The notes: generated by a model from the letters alone, not told the origin. Positions 1 to 12,489 are shown, counted from the whole stretch's first letter. The stretch is 63,909 nucleotides of DNA, filler included, from Perkinsus chesapeaki ATCC PRA-425 (GCA_013115145.1; 9 parts of 9 records of this genome joined end to end with filler, not necessarily neighbours in it), one strand, 5' to 3'. Numbers and translations: made by a program.

Positions 1-1037
1 ACGTGTCTCGAGTCTTGCACTGTATTGACATGGATACCCAAACCGAAGCCCGAAATACACCTCAACCTTTGGGGTGTTCGGGTTTCAGGTTTGTGGTTTC
101 CTCCCGCACTCCCGTGTTCGTTGGGATTTTACAGAAAGACACGAAGAACGTGCGATCGTGGACGGTGGAATGACGGAGGGTATTTGTCAATTATTGACGG
201 TCAATATGATAAGGTAAAGTAGAGTCAACATCACGTTGACAACGTGGATGAACAAAATGATATTCTGTGTGAGGTTGCCCTTCACAAAACCTTAGTATTA
301 TACAAGAACTATGCTCCGGTGAGGGGCTCTCTTGAATAGGGTATTGTCGATACCGCTACACTGCATTATTTGATTTAATTCATTGTTAGGTAATCCCCTT
401 GCCACAAGAAGATCAGGAATGATTCCTGAGGAATCCAGAAGAAAGTTTCTCCCATTTTTTCAAGAAACGGACAGCGCTGGCCTTTTTGAGGGTCTTGACT
501 GTAATCGGTAGCTGTCAGTGAGTCAGTGATGATGAGTTGGCTGACACTGAGAATGTTGAGTGATCTGAGCTCACTGAGCTCACAAATAGTGATGCCCAAA
601 TTACCCCAAGTAGAGGTCTCTGAAGATTCTTCTTCCGGCGTGACCTCGTGCTCTGAGCATGGTATGGTTGCAGGCTGCAACTTGCAGCAGTACTGAGCAG
701 TACTCGGTGAGTACTGTTCCTGGGACAGTGCCAAAGCAGAACTGGGACATGAGAGCAACGTTACATAGTGTGTCATTCCCACTGCCACAAAACACAATTC
801 AATCATGTGGACTGGGATCCAGAACTTAGTTTTGTCACCAAATAATATTCAAGAAAGTATCCTTTTACGATCATCCATTTACGAACTTATGATGACGTTC
901 TAGAGGGACAAATAATTGTGACCGGTTAGCTCTGAGCGTTTAGACGAGGTGATAAATCACCCTTATCACATAAATCGTATGTGTCGTTTAGGGCCACTTA
1001 CGTCGCGCATCACGAATGAACATTTCTCAGCCAGAGA

Positions 1038-1499
1038 CTATGGCCGAAGTTCCCAATGCGAGTCGCAGGCGTCCATCAGTATAATGTCAGTTATCGGGTA
1101 TACCCTCCAGCGACAATAGTAGCCGATGCCGATTTCTCTTCCTATTTTATTCAGACACTCGTAGGGATCAGCTTTCGGAAGGGAAAACAAACCAAGTTGG
1201 TCAAGTAGACCCTCACTATTCTCACTACTATTAGTTTTGCCGAACTCTCCCGATAAGCCGTAAGTGAAGCAGCAGTTCACGCAAGTTGCTCGAAGAGTTT
1301 CGGCGGCCAGCTCAATGTCGGCCACCATTTCCGTTTCGGAGGACACTTTAACAGTCATGGAGCAAAAGACGGGGTAGGTTATATCCCATCCAGTGTATAC
1401 ACCAAGCGGCACCACTGACCTCTGCACATGTGCCAGCTGAGGCTTCGATAGAAGACCGATAACCACTACTTGAAACAAAGCACAAGCTGTTCTTCTCAT
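1038..1499 (-). CDS. Small intronless putative secreted protein (153 aa)
   Basis: ORF with hydrophobic N-terminus, followed by a PLGVYTG motif like the PAGRYYG motif at 27497-27898; Cys-containing body. Confidence 0.55.
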   Translation of the reverse strand: MRRTACALFQVVVIGLLSKPQLAHVQRSVVPLGVYTGWDITYPVFCSMTVKVSSETEMVADIELAAETLRATCVNCCFTYGLSGEFGKTNSSENSEGLLDQLGLFSLPKADPYECLNKIGREIGIGYYCRWRVYPITDIILMDACDSHWELRP

Positions 1500-4400
1500 C
1501 CAGATATTGTAGGACTTACACCAAGATTGAATCGATTGATATTATTGTCTTACTCACCGTGACGCCGGGGGCGTCACAAAGTGGTGTATGCGCCCCAAGG
1601 CCTCTGAGCAGGAGCTTGCTTAGTGCAAATAACGTTGGGATTAAGAGACGATTATGTTTAGTTTCTGGATTCTACCTGGCAAAGCTAGTTGTAGGCTGTG
1701 TTGACGTCTACCTGCCGCTAATAGGGGCAGTATAGTATACATGTTGACGTATATACTTTATACGCTGAGTTGGCGACGTTACTCAGGCTGAGTAAGGTTT
1801 AGCAGTCTACAGACTTCCTTATCTCCACAGTATGGAGTTAGGTGTCGTTCCACTTGTAACTACTGTTTCGATGTGTAGGGTGGGAAGCTCCAATTACGTT
1901 GTAAGCACGACTCGTCATGTGGTCTCGGTAGGGAGAGCATCCTAGGCTAGACAGCCTTCCTCGGGACCTATATGTTCTGAAATGTCGTGTTATATGGAGC
2001 ATTGCCCGATCAGCAAGACCGGTTCTGAGCTGTCCCAATCACTCGGCTCTGCGGTTGTCCTCGCTAACCATTGCTCCGTGTCATGATTTGAGCTCACCGA
2101 ATCTAGCTTTCCACCGGATATATTCTTTTGCCGGCACGGCCACTACGACCATCGGCCGATGAAAGTTGCATTCAGAAGGGTGAAGTCGGTCTAGTGAACA
2201 TGGGACAGGTTACTATAGTGGCTCCATGGAGACAATTTAAACAGCAGGTGTCGCGGTATTGGTTGATGAGCTCTAAAGAATAGCACAACCATTGAGAATA
2301 AGCCAGGATACCGATACTACGAACCCGGGACAATAGGTACATATAAGCGAACTATCTGCACGTAACTTCTACACTTATCTATGTGTAGGCGAACACAGTT
2401 ACTCCGCGCAACTAAACGATATTGGGCTCGACAGCTATAAAGTGAATGGCGAAGGTTTAATACAACAGAGAGCGCTCCAGGGCATAGTATGCCCTTCGGT
2501 ACATAGCAGGTTGTGGGGACAGTAGCAGTGCTACTAGAAGTTTGTGAATTCCCGAAAAAGATCTTATTACCTCGACCGTTGTCGGGAAAAGCTTGTATGC
2601 TCGCAGCACTGCTTCGACAGCAGTACGGCCACACTGGGATAGTACATCCACGTTACAAAGTGTGTGATGCCCACTGTCACAGCGAGGAGATGTCACTGAC
2701 ACCAATCAATGATGTACACTAATTTTCGGCTCGAAATTGTTTTTGCAAAATATATTCACTCGAAGATAATCATCCAGGACGACATAATAACGACAATATG
2801 TCAAGGGGAACAAGAAATGAGTAGTACTCATTGAGTACCTAGACGAGCTTGCTAATGACTACTATGTGCTTCGAAAGCCTATTAGTAAAGCGCGTCAAGA
2901 CTTAAGGTTTCTGAACTGACATGACCTAGGTCCCAGTGTGACTCACACTGTGTGAGGCACGCCCGTCAAGAAAAAATCCTGTCATTCTTCGGACAACCTT
3001 AACAACATCGTGGCTCACCTTGTACATTAGTGGAAACCACACTGGGTGTGTCCCGTTGCAGCCCTCAAGCCGGGCAATGCGAATTGCTCACAGTACCAGG
3101 CCGGAACTTCCAGCCGTTTCGGGCATGGCCGGCCTGACCTAAGTTGCGTGTTGAACTTTTGAATATCTCTTGTGAGAACAATCTCGCGAAACTATTAGGC
3201 TATATTGGTAATTAATTGAAACCCTATCAAAGTTATTTATTTTGCAATTCCCCAGCAGGTCATTGTACTCGATTCCTTGGATATCATACAAGGTTACATC
3301 GTCAGAGCTTAGGCACATGATTGTAGCAGAACTGTTAACCATCAGGGAGCTCAAGGAACCAAAGTGAGGCAAGAATCTGGAAATCTAATCTTAACTTAGT
3401 ACATTAATAGCAGTACTAGCGTCGAGCTGAGCTTAAGGCTCCATTGTTGTGCAGTTGCACAACAACAAGAACTCTGGACGCACCAGATGCAATCATTCTC
3501 AATAAAGCTGATCAGTATTGTGATAAAAAAGCATTAACACATATTGCGACACCAGACTTAACAACCACCCGAAACAGCGCTCAACGCGAAGTTGCCGCGG
3601 AAGCATTTTCGGATCACTTTCATGTTTCATGTGTTAGTGCGGACATTACTGGACTGACCACATGAAAGTATCTGAGTTTTTTGACTCATTTCCACAAACA
3701 ACCCTACTAACATCGTGCTTCGCCTTGCACATCAGTGGAAATCATTCCAGGTGTGCCCCATTGCAGCCCCCGAGCCGGTCAACGCGAATTGCTCATAGCT
3801 CCAGCCGTTTCGGACATGACCGGCCTGACCAGGAGTGTGTGCAACACAAGTGTGTTGAACTTTGGACTATCTTTTTTAGCCGGCCGTCTTTGTGGGATTG
3901 CATTGACCAGTGTTCAATAGTGTCCTAGGTAATCGGTGTTAACGCAAGTGTATTTCATCGTAGTGTGGGGTTTAGCCGCTTAGATTGTACGTGTTGCTCA
4001 TGTTTATCACAGCGTGTTTATACAACTTAATCCACTCTTGCATACATTTTTTGCCTGGATCGATTAATTTACCCGTTAGTTTGTCAGAGAAGTGCCCCTG
4101 TACACCATTGACGGGTGATGGGACATATGTGGACACACGGTATAGCATGTCCCGATGGCGTCACATACTGGTGCATGCGCTCCAGCTTCGACTCCAGGCC
4201 CTGGGAAGATGTTCGCCTTAAAACAAGAAACGTGTTTCGTTCCTGAATTTTAATAGGCGAGAGCTAGTTGCACTTCTTGTTGACGTCTATCTGCCGCTAG
4301 TGGCTATAATTTATACGTTGAGTGAGTCGCTCAAAGTGACGACGTGTCGTCAATGGGTCAATTGTCTACCGACTCCCTAATCTCCACAGTATAACATTAA

Positions 4401-4775
4401 GTCTTGTGTACACTTGTAACTACTGATTTTATTTGTAGGGTAACCCTACGAGGGTTGGAAGCTTCGAATATGCTGTAAACACGGCTCGTCATGTGATATC
4501 GGCAGGGAAAATATCCGAGGTTTTACAGCCTTTCTCGGGGCCTATATGTTGTGGAATTCGGGCTCAGGAATTCGGGCTATCTGGAGATGGATCATTTCGC
4601 CGTGCGTGCGTGCGTGCGTACGTACGAATTATTTCTCGTTAACCAGAGCGAACTAGCTGATGACCTGTAGACGAAAAGACTCCCCTCCCTCTGGGGATGC
4701 CAAGAAAATTTGTAATTTTTTGAAAGCTACCCCGTGTGTCGAGTGAAAGCGCAAAAACATTATTTGACGGAAAAA

Positions 4776-4851
4776 TGCGACCTGTGGGATTCGAACCCAC
4801 GACTTACTAAATCGTTTCCGCGCGATTTGATCACTCGGCCTATGGGCTCGC
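4776..4851 (-). ncRNA. tRNA-like element (pseudo-tRNA or SINE head)
   Basis: Minus strand GCGAGCC...AGGTCGCA followed by TTTTT. Perfect T-arm GTGGG-TTCGAAT-CCCAC, A-box-like TAGGCCGAGTGA, and a 6-bp stem AAATCG/CGATTT with a non-canonical 8-nt loop. Confidence 0.6.
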
Positions 4852-7300
4852 AAAGTGGTCCGAACTGCGCCTAAAAGTGGTCCGACCTTCGCCAAAGCTC
4901 GTACGAAGGCTTTATTTAGAAGGAAACGCGGGCCTTCGGCCCGCTTTACATTCCCAGTCAATTGGCTTTGGATTCTGTAGCTCGCAACTTCCCGGAAGCG
5001 TTCACTTCCAGTGCATAGTCTAGGTCTATGAGCTCGATAATACCCGGACAATTGGTTGAGCGACAATAACAGCGTGATTTGACTAGACAGGTAGTGAGGG
5101 GTGGTCTTTGTCCCCTGAGAGTATACAGGGACAAGGAGGAACCGATACACAGGATATACTCGCACATTGAGAAGGCACCCTGGATCAAATCCCGTCGCGG
5201 CCACTTTTCTCGAGTTTTCGTGCACTTTGCAGAAACGTTTCAATGACACGCGTGCGCATGTAACGAACATGATGTCGGGGCCCCTTGTATGTATAAATAT
5301 GCCATATCCGTTTCGCTCGGGTTCCTGGAAGTGCTCAAGCTATTCGGATTCTGGCTACTCGCTAGCTTCGTTGCTCATTGATAGATCTGCTAGACTGGCT
5401 GCTACACATGGCCGTTTGATGGGTTATATCCCGGAGGCCCCAACGTTGAAGTGCCAGTAACATGACAGATCCCGGTGGTGCGCGACTTGGATTATGACGA
5501 ATGCATGATGCATCACATTTTTCGTGCATGTTGATTGTGTGGCAATCTGACAACAAGAGTCCGTTGAGTTTTGCCATGGTTAATTTACAAAGATCTCGGC
5601 CTCGAACGTCTTGGGCCGCCGAGCAGTTCTCAGCGATAACCCCACGTAATGTGGGCAACTTGCCCAGGGCAAGTACTAGTTCGGTATCGATTATCACCTG
5701 ATCTACTATAAGCCTATCACGGCTATCAAGTACGGAACAAGACTCATCAACGGAACAGTGTCACATCGCTACTCTTGCTAGTATATCGTAAAGGTGGCGA
5801 ACTTGCTTCTATTACAGAGAATTTCTCGCTTATGGAGCTCTAGAGCTCCATGTGCGGGTGGCATAGCCCGAAATTTTCGTAGAGCAGTATCTTATTGGGA
5901 CTCGCCTAGCCGAACAAGCCGGATTCAATGTATGAATGTGAATAAACATGTTGTTACTCGTACATATTTTCCGAGGCATACTTTGGGACTACGACTTCGG
6001 TCACCGATGTTCGGTGTACTCGATGATGCCATTGTTATGATGGGTTGCTCTTATGGAGCTGGAATTCAGTCAATACTCGACAGGAAGCTCTGACACTCAG
6101 CGAACTCGGTGGATTACGAGAAATTGTTTGATGTTCTATGGGACATACCCTCGCACAATTCGACTCGTTCTGCCACTGTAGCAGAACTCCGGGAGTGTAA
6201 CACTCAGTTTGATGTCGCCGCTATCATCCTGCGCAACCCAAGCTGAACATCGCAATCGTATTGCTCGGTGACAGTGCTTCGAAACCAGATGTCGAGGCCA
6301 TCTCAGGCTGAGGGTCTCAGCGGGAAGCTTTCAAAGAGTTGGCCCGTTTCTTTCCCGGGTTGAGACTACGATGCAGTGCAAGTGCAAACCCGTAACAATT
6401 TGTCAGACAATCGTGCAAACTTTGCACGGGTTCACGGAGACACGTCGCTATGAGCTCGCGTGCGGCCTCGTTGGGTTATAAGTTTCTCGCCGCAGATCTA
6501 CTGAAATTCCCGAAAATTCTCCTCACTTCTCAGCCGAGCTTCCTACGCGACGTAGGCTACGTCGTATGTACCGTAATCTAGAAACTTAGAAACCTAGAAA
6601 GGCTCTTATTTTCCAAGACATCCGCGACATCGTCACGGCCGCCGTAACACGGCGTCACATTCCCGAATACGGGATCCCTACTAGCGACATTATATTCACG
6701 AGTTATCGATTTGACGGTGGTGGGCTACCACTGATTGCCCGAGTTGTGCGGCCTAATTGAGAAATGAGTTTCATGTTTTGATGAATTCATGCCCCTATTC
6801 GTGAATATGATACCTTTATATGCGAAAATGATCTCTGAATTACTGTGTGATTCCCGAATACTGAAAAAACATGAGAGATTGTCGTCAGGCTGCAGCGAAA
6901 CCGTGAGATTCCAAGTGGCTTATAGCCGCCTGGGAGGCTAGATCTAGTCTCCTCAACCCTGCTTAGTAAAACTCTGCTTAGGCAATAATAATACTCGAAA
7001 CTGAATTAATAGGTGCTGCAAAGCCGCTGTAAACTCTAACCTCCATAATGGAGGCTCCATTCACTGATCAGGTATCAGGAAGGCCATCCCGAACTATGAA
7101 GTGACATCACTATGGCCCCTAACCTCGGAAGCCGCGGAAGCTGGCACTTCTGGTTGATCGGTAGTAGTGGTACTCGAAGGCTGCTGATGTCGCTTCTTAG
7201 CTCTCTTGTTAGGTGCATTAAGACCGTATCGAACGTCCTTCGGTAGTCGTTGATCGTCTACGCGACCGTCCCTCCGACGCCGCTGGGGAGGCTTGGGGAA

Positions 7301-10050
7301 TTAGGTACGCAAAATAGCCCAATCCTTTCGCGCAGCTGGCGAGTCATCTTTTCCAGTAACATAAGAAACACACATCACGTGCGGACATACCAAGGCCTTG
7401 TGCCAGGCTTGGCATGTACACCAGGGCCCGCCCGGCGGCGCCACTGACCAGTCGGACGTCTCCCGATAGGTCACAATAGAGTAGAGGGCTCTCAGCTGCC
7501 TTGCCTCGGCCAGTGAACTGTAGTCACTGGCGACAAACTTCTTGGCATCTGAGTTGTCACTGCTGAATACAATATCTCTCAGGGACGTTGCACCAGAAGG
7601 CAATTTCCCTTTCACATTCCTTAGAAAAAGCCACTGGTTCTCATGCTGTGCCGTATCTTGAAATCGACTTGAGCACCAGGATCGAGGCACCACAGAATAA
7701 TAATACTTCTCGAAGAAAATGGCCGCTGTGTTCCTCAGTTCCCTGGTGCCCTGTCCTCTACTGGGCTCTTCGCGACCATATTGTGAGAGGAGCATCCATT
7801 TTGCGCCGCATTTCAGAAAGGCCCCCATATCAGAAAGAGTTTTCCGGTAGTGGCAAGGTAACAAGGTGGCTTTGAGCTCACCATTAAATCTTTCCACGGC
7901 ATTATTAGTGCGCGGGCCGGCAACCTCGCTCGAGTAGTGGCCCCACTGACTCCTCCAGCTCGACTCGTCTAGATAACCTCCGAATTCCTTGAGGAAGATG
8001 CGTATCCCCTCTCTCTCATAGGGAGTGAGGTTTGCAGTACCAGCTGAAAGGATCAACCATGCGAGAACTGTGGGTGACAGTTTGTAGATGTAAATATATG
8101 ATGAAATATGAATAGATGTAATTTATATTAACGCCGCGTCTACACTGCTTTTGATTCGAAAGCGAGCTCAGGTAGATGAAATATAAGGACCAAATTTAGT
8201 AACCAAGGAAAATGATATGAATCAGGGCTAATACATCATGCATGAATCTAGAGATATGAAGAAAATTTGGTAGATGAATTATTCACACCGTTAATATAAG
8301 CTGTATTATATAGCACAACCGAGTCTAGTCAATCGTCGAGTTTCCTATAACAGGGATCCTATTACATAGTAATACACAATGCTCTATAGAACTCATTATC
8401 GAAATACTGATACATTCATTTGTATCGCGAGTTAATACAATAGGTCATAGATATGAATCTGCTGGATCTGAGAGAATATACGATTTATTATATGCTTGGT
8501 GATATAAATCATACGAGATGGTGATAGCGCTTCTAACTGATCCAAGTTGAAACTATTCAATTAACTTCACAGATATAAACTTATGATACAAGTAATAAGC
8601 TTATATAGAAATTGCCGAATCGGCTAAGCGTTGCGTTGATACACTGGTTATACAGCCTGCCAAATATCCATCCGAGTTTGAGCCACGGGCGGGCCCATAC
8701 ATACATTCCCATTTCAGAGAATTTCCGAAAAAGCGCGATATTATACTATCATTTGTCAGGCTGTATATTGTGCTATATATACATGTGGTGTACATTATAG
8801 TTATCGAATTCTCTACCCAAGCTCACCTGACCCCCACTTCTCGACGAACAAGTTCTTGAGTCGAACCCACTCTCGCCTACTCCACGCTTCTCCCATCAAG
8901 TCAAGGTCACCGCTAATTTGGCGCCAGATAGCGCGACTAAGGTTAGCGGTAGCCTTCGCTCTTTTAGCTCGCTGCTTTGCGTGGTAGTAGCAGCTTACTA
9001 CCTTCGTCTCTGGACCAAAGGCCTGCACGATTGCATTTCTCAGGGCAGGCGAACCATCGAGCACCACTTCTTTTGGGGTGGCAGCTTCATGCATATCGAG
9101 AGCTTTGGCCGCATCTAACAGAAGCCGGAGAAGATGACTTGCAGACCGAGCGGACTCGGTGTGTACAATGGCCGTAGCTATCGGTCTAGCCGTAGATCCT
9201 CGGGGTAGGGCGCAAACGACGATCAGGGCTAGGTCAGCATGTACCATATTGTAGGTTCCATCTACTCCCCAAGTTGTGGCGATCTCCATATTCCGAAACA
9301 TGCGAGCACTTGTAAAGACTGCACAGAACTCGCTGACTTCATATCTACCGTTAACAAGCTCTCGCTCGGAAAGCAGATTGTCGAGGAGTATGCAACGATC
9401 AGCATCAGGAGCTCGGTCAAAGTCAACAGCCGCGCCTCCTCCGCTCTCTATAGATCCAAGGCTATTTAATAAATCCTTCATTTTTGTGGCGAGGTCTTCA
9501 TGGGAGTGCAGAATTGGCTCGACCTGCGTCACGAATTCGGCAACACTGAGGCCTGCTTTCCCATTTTCCCTGATAGATCGATAAAGCCCTCGGATCTTTT
9601 CTGGCCGAGACAAACCGCGATTGGCCAAGAGTCTCATGGTTTCCTCGCAATACTCGGTCCTCATGTAGCGCTCATTGGTACCGACTTTTAGCTCTTTGAG
9701 AGAGGCTGTTGGATTCTTGGCAATCATTTCGGCCCAGTGATCCGCTATATCTGGAGGGACGTAGTCGGATCGGCATTGCTCGGTGCCATATGGATGCCCC
9801 CCGGCGTGCGTTTTCCACTCAAGGAGGGTAGCTTCGACGTCGCGAAGAGGGTAGAAATAGGTATACCCTCCCTCCGAGCGCACGTGAACTTTATCGTATT
9901 TGCATAGGTACTGCGGCCATCGCCTCCATTTGCGACAAACTTACCGTGCGCTTACACAACAAGATGCATCGATAACGACCAAATCGCATGCTTTCGAGAG
10001 CTCGACACCCAGCCAACTTGAAATAGCTATTGCGTTTCAAGAATGCAAGA
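7301..10050 (-). mobile_element. Mutator-like (MULE) transposase gene with introns: N-terminal Zn-finger-like region, DDE domain, C-terminal SWIM
   Basis: GVDGTY, VLDGSPAL, SCYYH (CxxH), NNAVERFNG and CTCQAWHKALVCPH (SWIM). A GT-AG intron at 8826..8044 joins ORF 8813..9883 to ORF 7301..8056 in frame (WGS-AGTANL). A second short intron near 9940-9910 joins RYRCILLCKRT to YLCKYDKVHVRSEG. The 5' end runs toward the gap at 10176. Confidence 0.9.
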
Positions 10051-10806
10051 ATTTCGCTATCACCACGCGCGGGGTTGGCTCAGCCAAGACTCGTGGTGAC
10101 AGTGATGTGTCCTGTGTCCGTAAACCTCTATTATGCCGAAGTTCGGTCGTTGCGCGGCGCGCCGCCGCGCTGTGTNNNNNNNNNNNNNNNNNNNNNNNNN
10201 NNNNNNNNNNNNNNNNNNNTTAATTAATTAANNNNNNNNNNNNNNNNNNNNNNNNNNNNNNNNNNNNNNNNNNNNGCTTTACGTGTAACGCTTATCCTGT
10301 CACCTATTCGTGCTTGAGTTTGATATTCAGGAGGTTATATCCCTACACAGGTTGTGTTGTAACACTGACGAACACACGTGGCTAGAAAGAGCGGGATAAT
10401 GAACTTAGGACACCACGAAGACCAGTATCTCATACTTCTCTCGCGTATTGCGCTCCATCGAACCACGATTGAATTTGCTTTCCCTTTCCTAATGGAAAAT
10501 TAGTTTGTGCACGTACTCCAGTCTGAACTGAATTTCCTTCATGGAATTCCCTGATTGATCTTTAGTGTGGAGTATGAGACTGTTTAAATCTTCGATGGTT
10601 GATTAATGAACAGTCTCTGAAAGAGATAATTGACTTTAATACTTTTTTAGAGTAGTTTAGATCCCTTGTACGCAACGTAAGAGCCAAATGGGGAGACAGC
10701 GGGGTTTTGTGCAATTACTTTCGACTGCAGGATCCTTTTAATTCCTTGTGGTTTCCGTCGCTGCTAGCTTCTACCATACCTTCTTAACCTCGTAGCTGCA
10801 GCAGAC

Positions 10807-12120
10807 ATGATAGCGGACTCGTCGAACCCCTCCGTAGCTCCCATTGATGGGAAATATTCTAAAACCGAGATCATCATACCCAATGGCTCTTCTAACGCCA
10901 AGGCGGTCTTCAATCTTGTCATGACCGCTATCGGTTTGGGTGTTATGACTCTTCCTATGGCGTTTGGTCGCGCTGGTTGGATCAGTGGTTCCATATTACT
11001 TATCGTATCGGCTGGCTTTGTTTATTATAATGTTATCATTTTATGTCATGCCTTATGTCTCAACCCTGAGGATCCTACCAGAGTTATCCAATCCTTCGAA
11101 GAGCTCGGTCGAATATGCTACGGACGTTTGGCGACAGTCATGAACTCTGTGACTCTCCACCCGTTATTGATAGCTGCTTGTGCTGTCTTCCTTATACTCC
11201 TATCAACAAGCCTTTACAACATGACAGGGGTGCTGTCCTACAATTTATGGTTACTTATCATATCGCTTTCCATAGCGCCTTTCGCCTGTTTGAGGACCAT
11301 GAAAGAAGTTGGCGTGCTCTCGGCGATCGGCGTCGCCTCGGTTGCGGCCATCGTTGTATTGGTGGTCCTAGCCAGCTTGGACAGATACATTAATGGTGCC
11401 TCAGAGAGCCTCGGTGAGCCTCCAGAGAAAGTGACCTATATACTATCGGGAGGCCCAGTGCAATTGGTTTCTGTCTTTTGCACGTTTTTGCTATCCTATA
11501 ATGTGAGCATTACCGTACCCACTATAATCAAGGACGTTGAAAGACCCCAGAGATTTCCCAAGGTAGCATGGATATCTTTTATTATTGTTGGTGCGGTGTA
11601 TTTTGCCATTACAATAGCTGGTTACTTGGCCTTTGGTGAAAGCATCAGTAAATACGATACCATGGTTGAGGCCTTCACACCGCCAAACCGCTCCGACTGG
11701 ACGGTTTACTCCTGGCTTATTAACGCATCAACGATAATACTTGTCAGTACCCATTTTTTGGTATTGTTTTCACCGACGGCGCAATTGAGTGACACTTTAT
11801 TACAAGTAGATAACGACAAGCGTTGGAGGAAACCTTGGATGGCCGAGACAGCTCGCTGCGGTTGCAGGGTCGCATTGGTTGCTGTATGCGCCTTGATCGC
11901 ATTACTGGTGCCAAGTGTTGATAAACTCGTTAATCTTCTAAGTGCCGTATTTGTAGTACTTATAGCTCTGGTGTATCCAACTGTTTATTACTGGCGAATA
12001 CTCTCTCTAAATGATATGAAGCAAGCTCTTTGGAAGGTCTGGTTTCAAAGGGTCTTATTGCTGGTGGACCTGGTCGCCTTGGTCTTTGGTACCTATTTGG
12101 CCATCCGAGACTTCTTTTAG
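10807..12120 (+). CDS. Amino acid transporter, AAAP/Aa_trans family (APC superfamily), intronless, 437 aa
   Basis: AVFNLVMTAIGLGVMTLPMAFGRAGW, FEELGRICYG, AGYLAFG; about 11 hydrophobic segments. Confidence 0.93.
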   Translation: MIADSSNPSVAPIDGKYSKTEIIIPNGSSNAKAVFNLVMTAIGLGVMTLPMAFGRAGWISGSILLIVSAGFVYYNVIILCHALCLNPEDPTRVIQSFEELGRICYGRLATVMNSVTLHPLLIAACAVFLILLSTSLYNMTGVLSYNLWLLIISLSIAPFACLRTMKEVGVLSAIGVASVAAIVVLVVLASLDRYINGASESLGEPPEKVTYILSGGPVQLVSVFCTFLLSYNVSITVPTIIKDVERPQRFPKVAWISFIIVGAVYFAITIAGYLAFGESISKYDTMVEAFTPPNRSDWTVYSWLINASTIILVSTHFLVLFSPTAQLSDTLLQVDNDKRWRKPWMAETARCGCRVALVAVCALIALLVPSVDKLVNLLSAVFVVLIALVYPTVYYWRILSLNDMKQALWKVWFQRVLLLVDLVALVFGTYLAIRDFF

Positions 12121-12489
12121 ACAATTCTGTGAGCTTCCCGCTGTTGATGAGCCCTGTTGTTGTTAAGGCTGTTGTTAAGACTGTATAAACCTTTCCTGTA
12201 TCATTACGAAGGCGAGCTTGCACATCAAGCTTCGTAGCCCTTTGGGGCGCTGCGCCTTCCGTACCAGCAATGTCCTGTCCAGCTTTGGTGACGCTTATTT
12301 TTTGGCGGGCTTGCTAAGCAAGCTTTGTAGCCCCGGTGGGGCGCTGCGCCTATTTGCGGTGTTACCGGCTGATTTTCATTGGTTGTTTGCTGAGTATGTC
12401 CTCCTCGTTTTTCTCCTAAATGGGTTTATTATCGTTTTAGCGGTCTCTCTATGTATTACTGTTGAGTTAATAGTCCCCGTACAGAATTT

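Larger units (their letters stand above)
375..5700 (-). pseudogene. Decayed tandem copies of a multi-exon, LRR-like hypothetical gene
   Basis: Paralogous segments: about 600-830 vs 2300-2720 (TLCNVALMSQ / TLCNVDVLSQ), 1660-1990 vs 4240-4560, and 2950-3140 vs 3680-3860. LRR-like phrases ICELSELRSLNI and LGKLPTLRGVIAENC. Stops and frame breaks occur in several copies. Confidence 0.4.

Noticed and set aside
3742-3744. TGA aligned to TGG (Trp) in a paralog, suggesting codon reassignment
   Set aside because: The copy has other lesions, and intact genes here end in TAA/TAG and use TGG for Trp; a nonsense mutation is the simpler explanation
4653-5270. 205-aa minus-strand ORF
   Set aside because: It runs across the tRNA-like element and hairpins and has no protein-like motifs
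10220-10231. TTAATTAATTAA palindrome recurring eight times
   Set aside because: It always sits in the middle of a 100-bp N-run; it is an artificial six-frame-stop scaffolding linker
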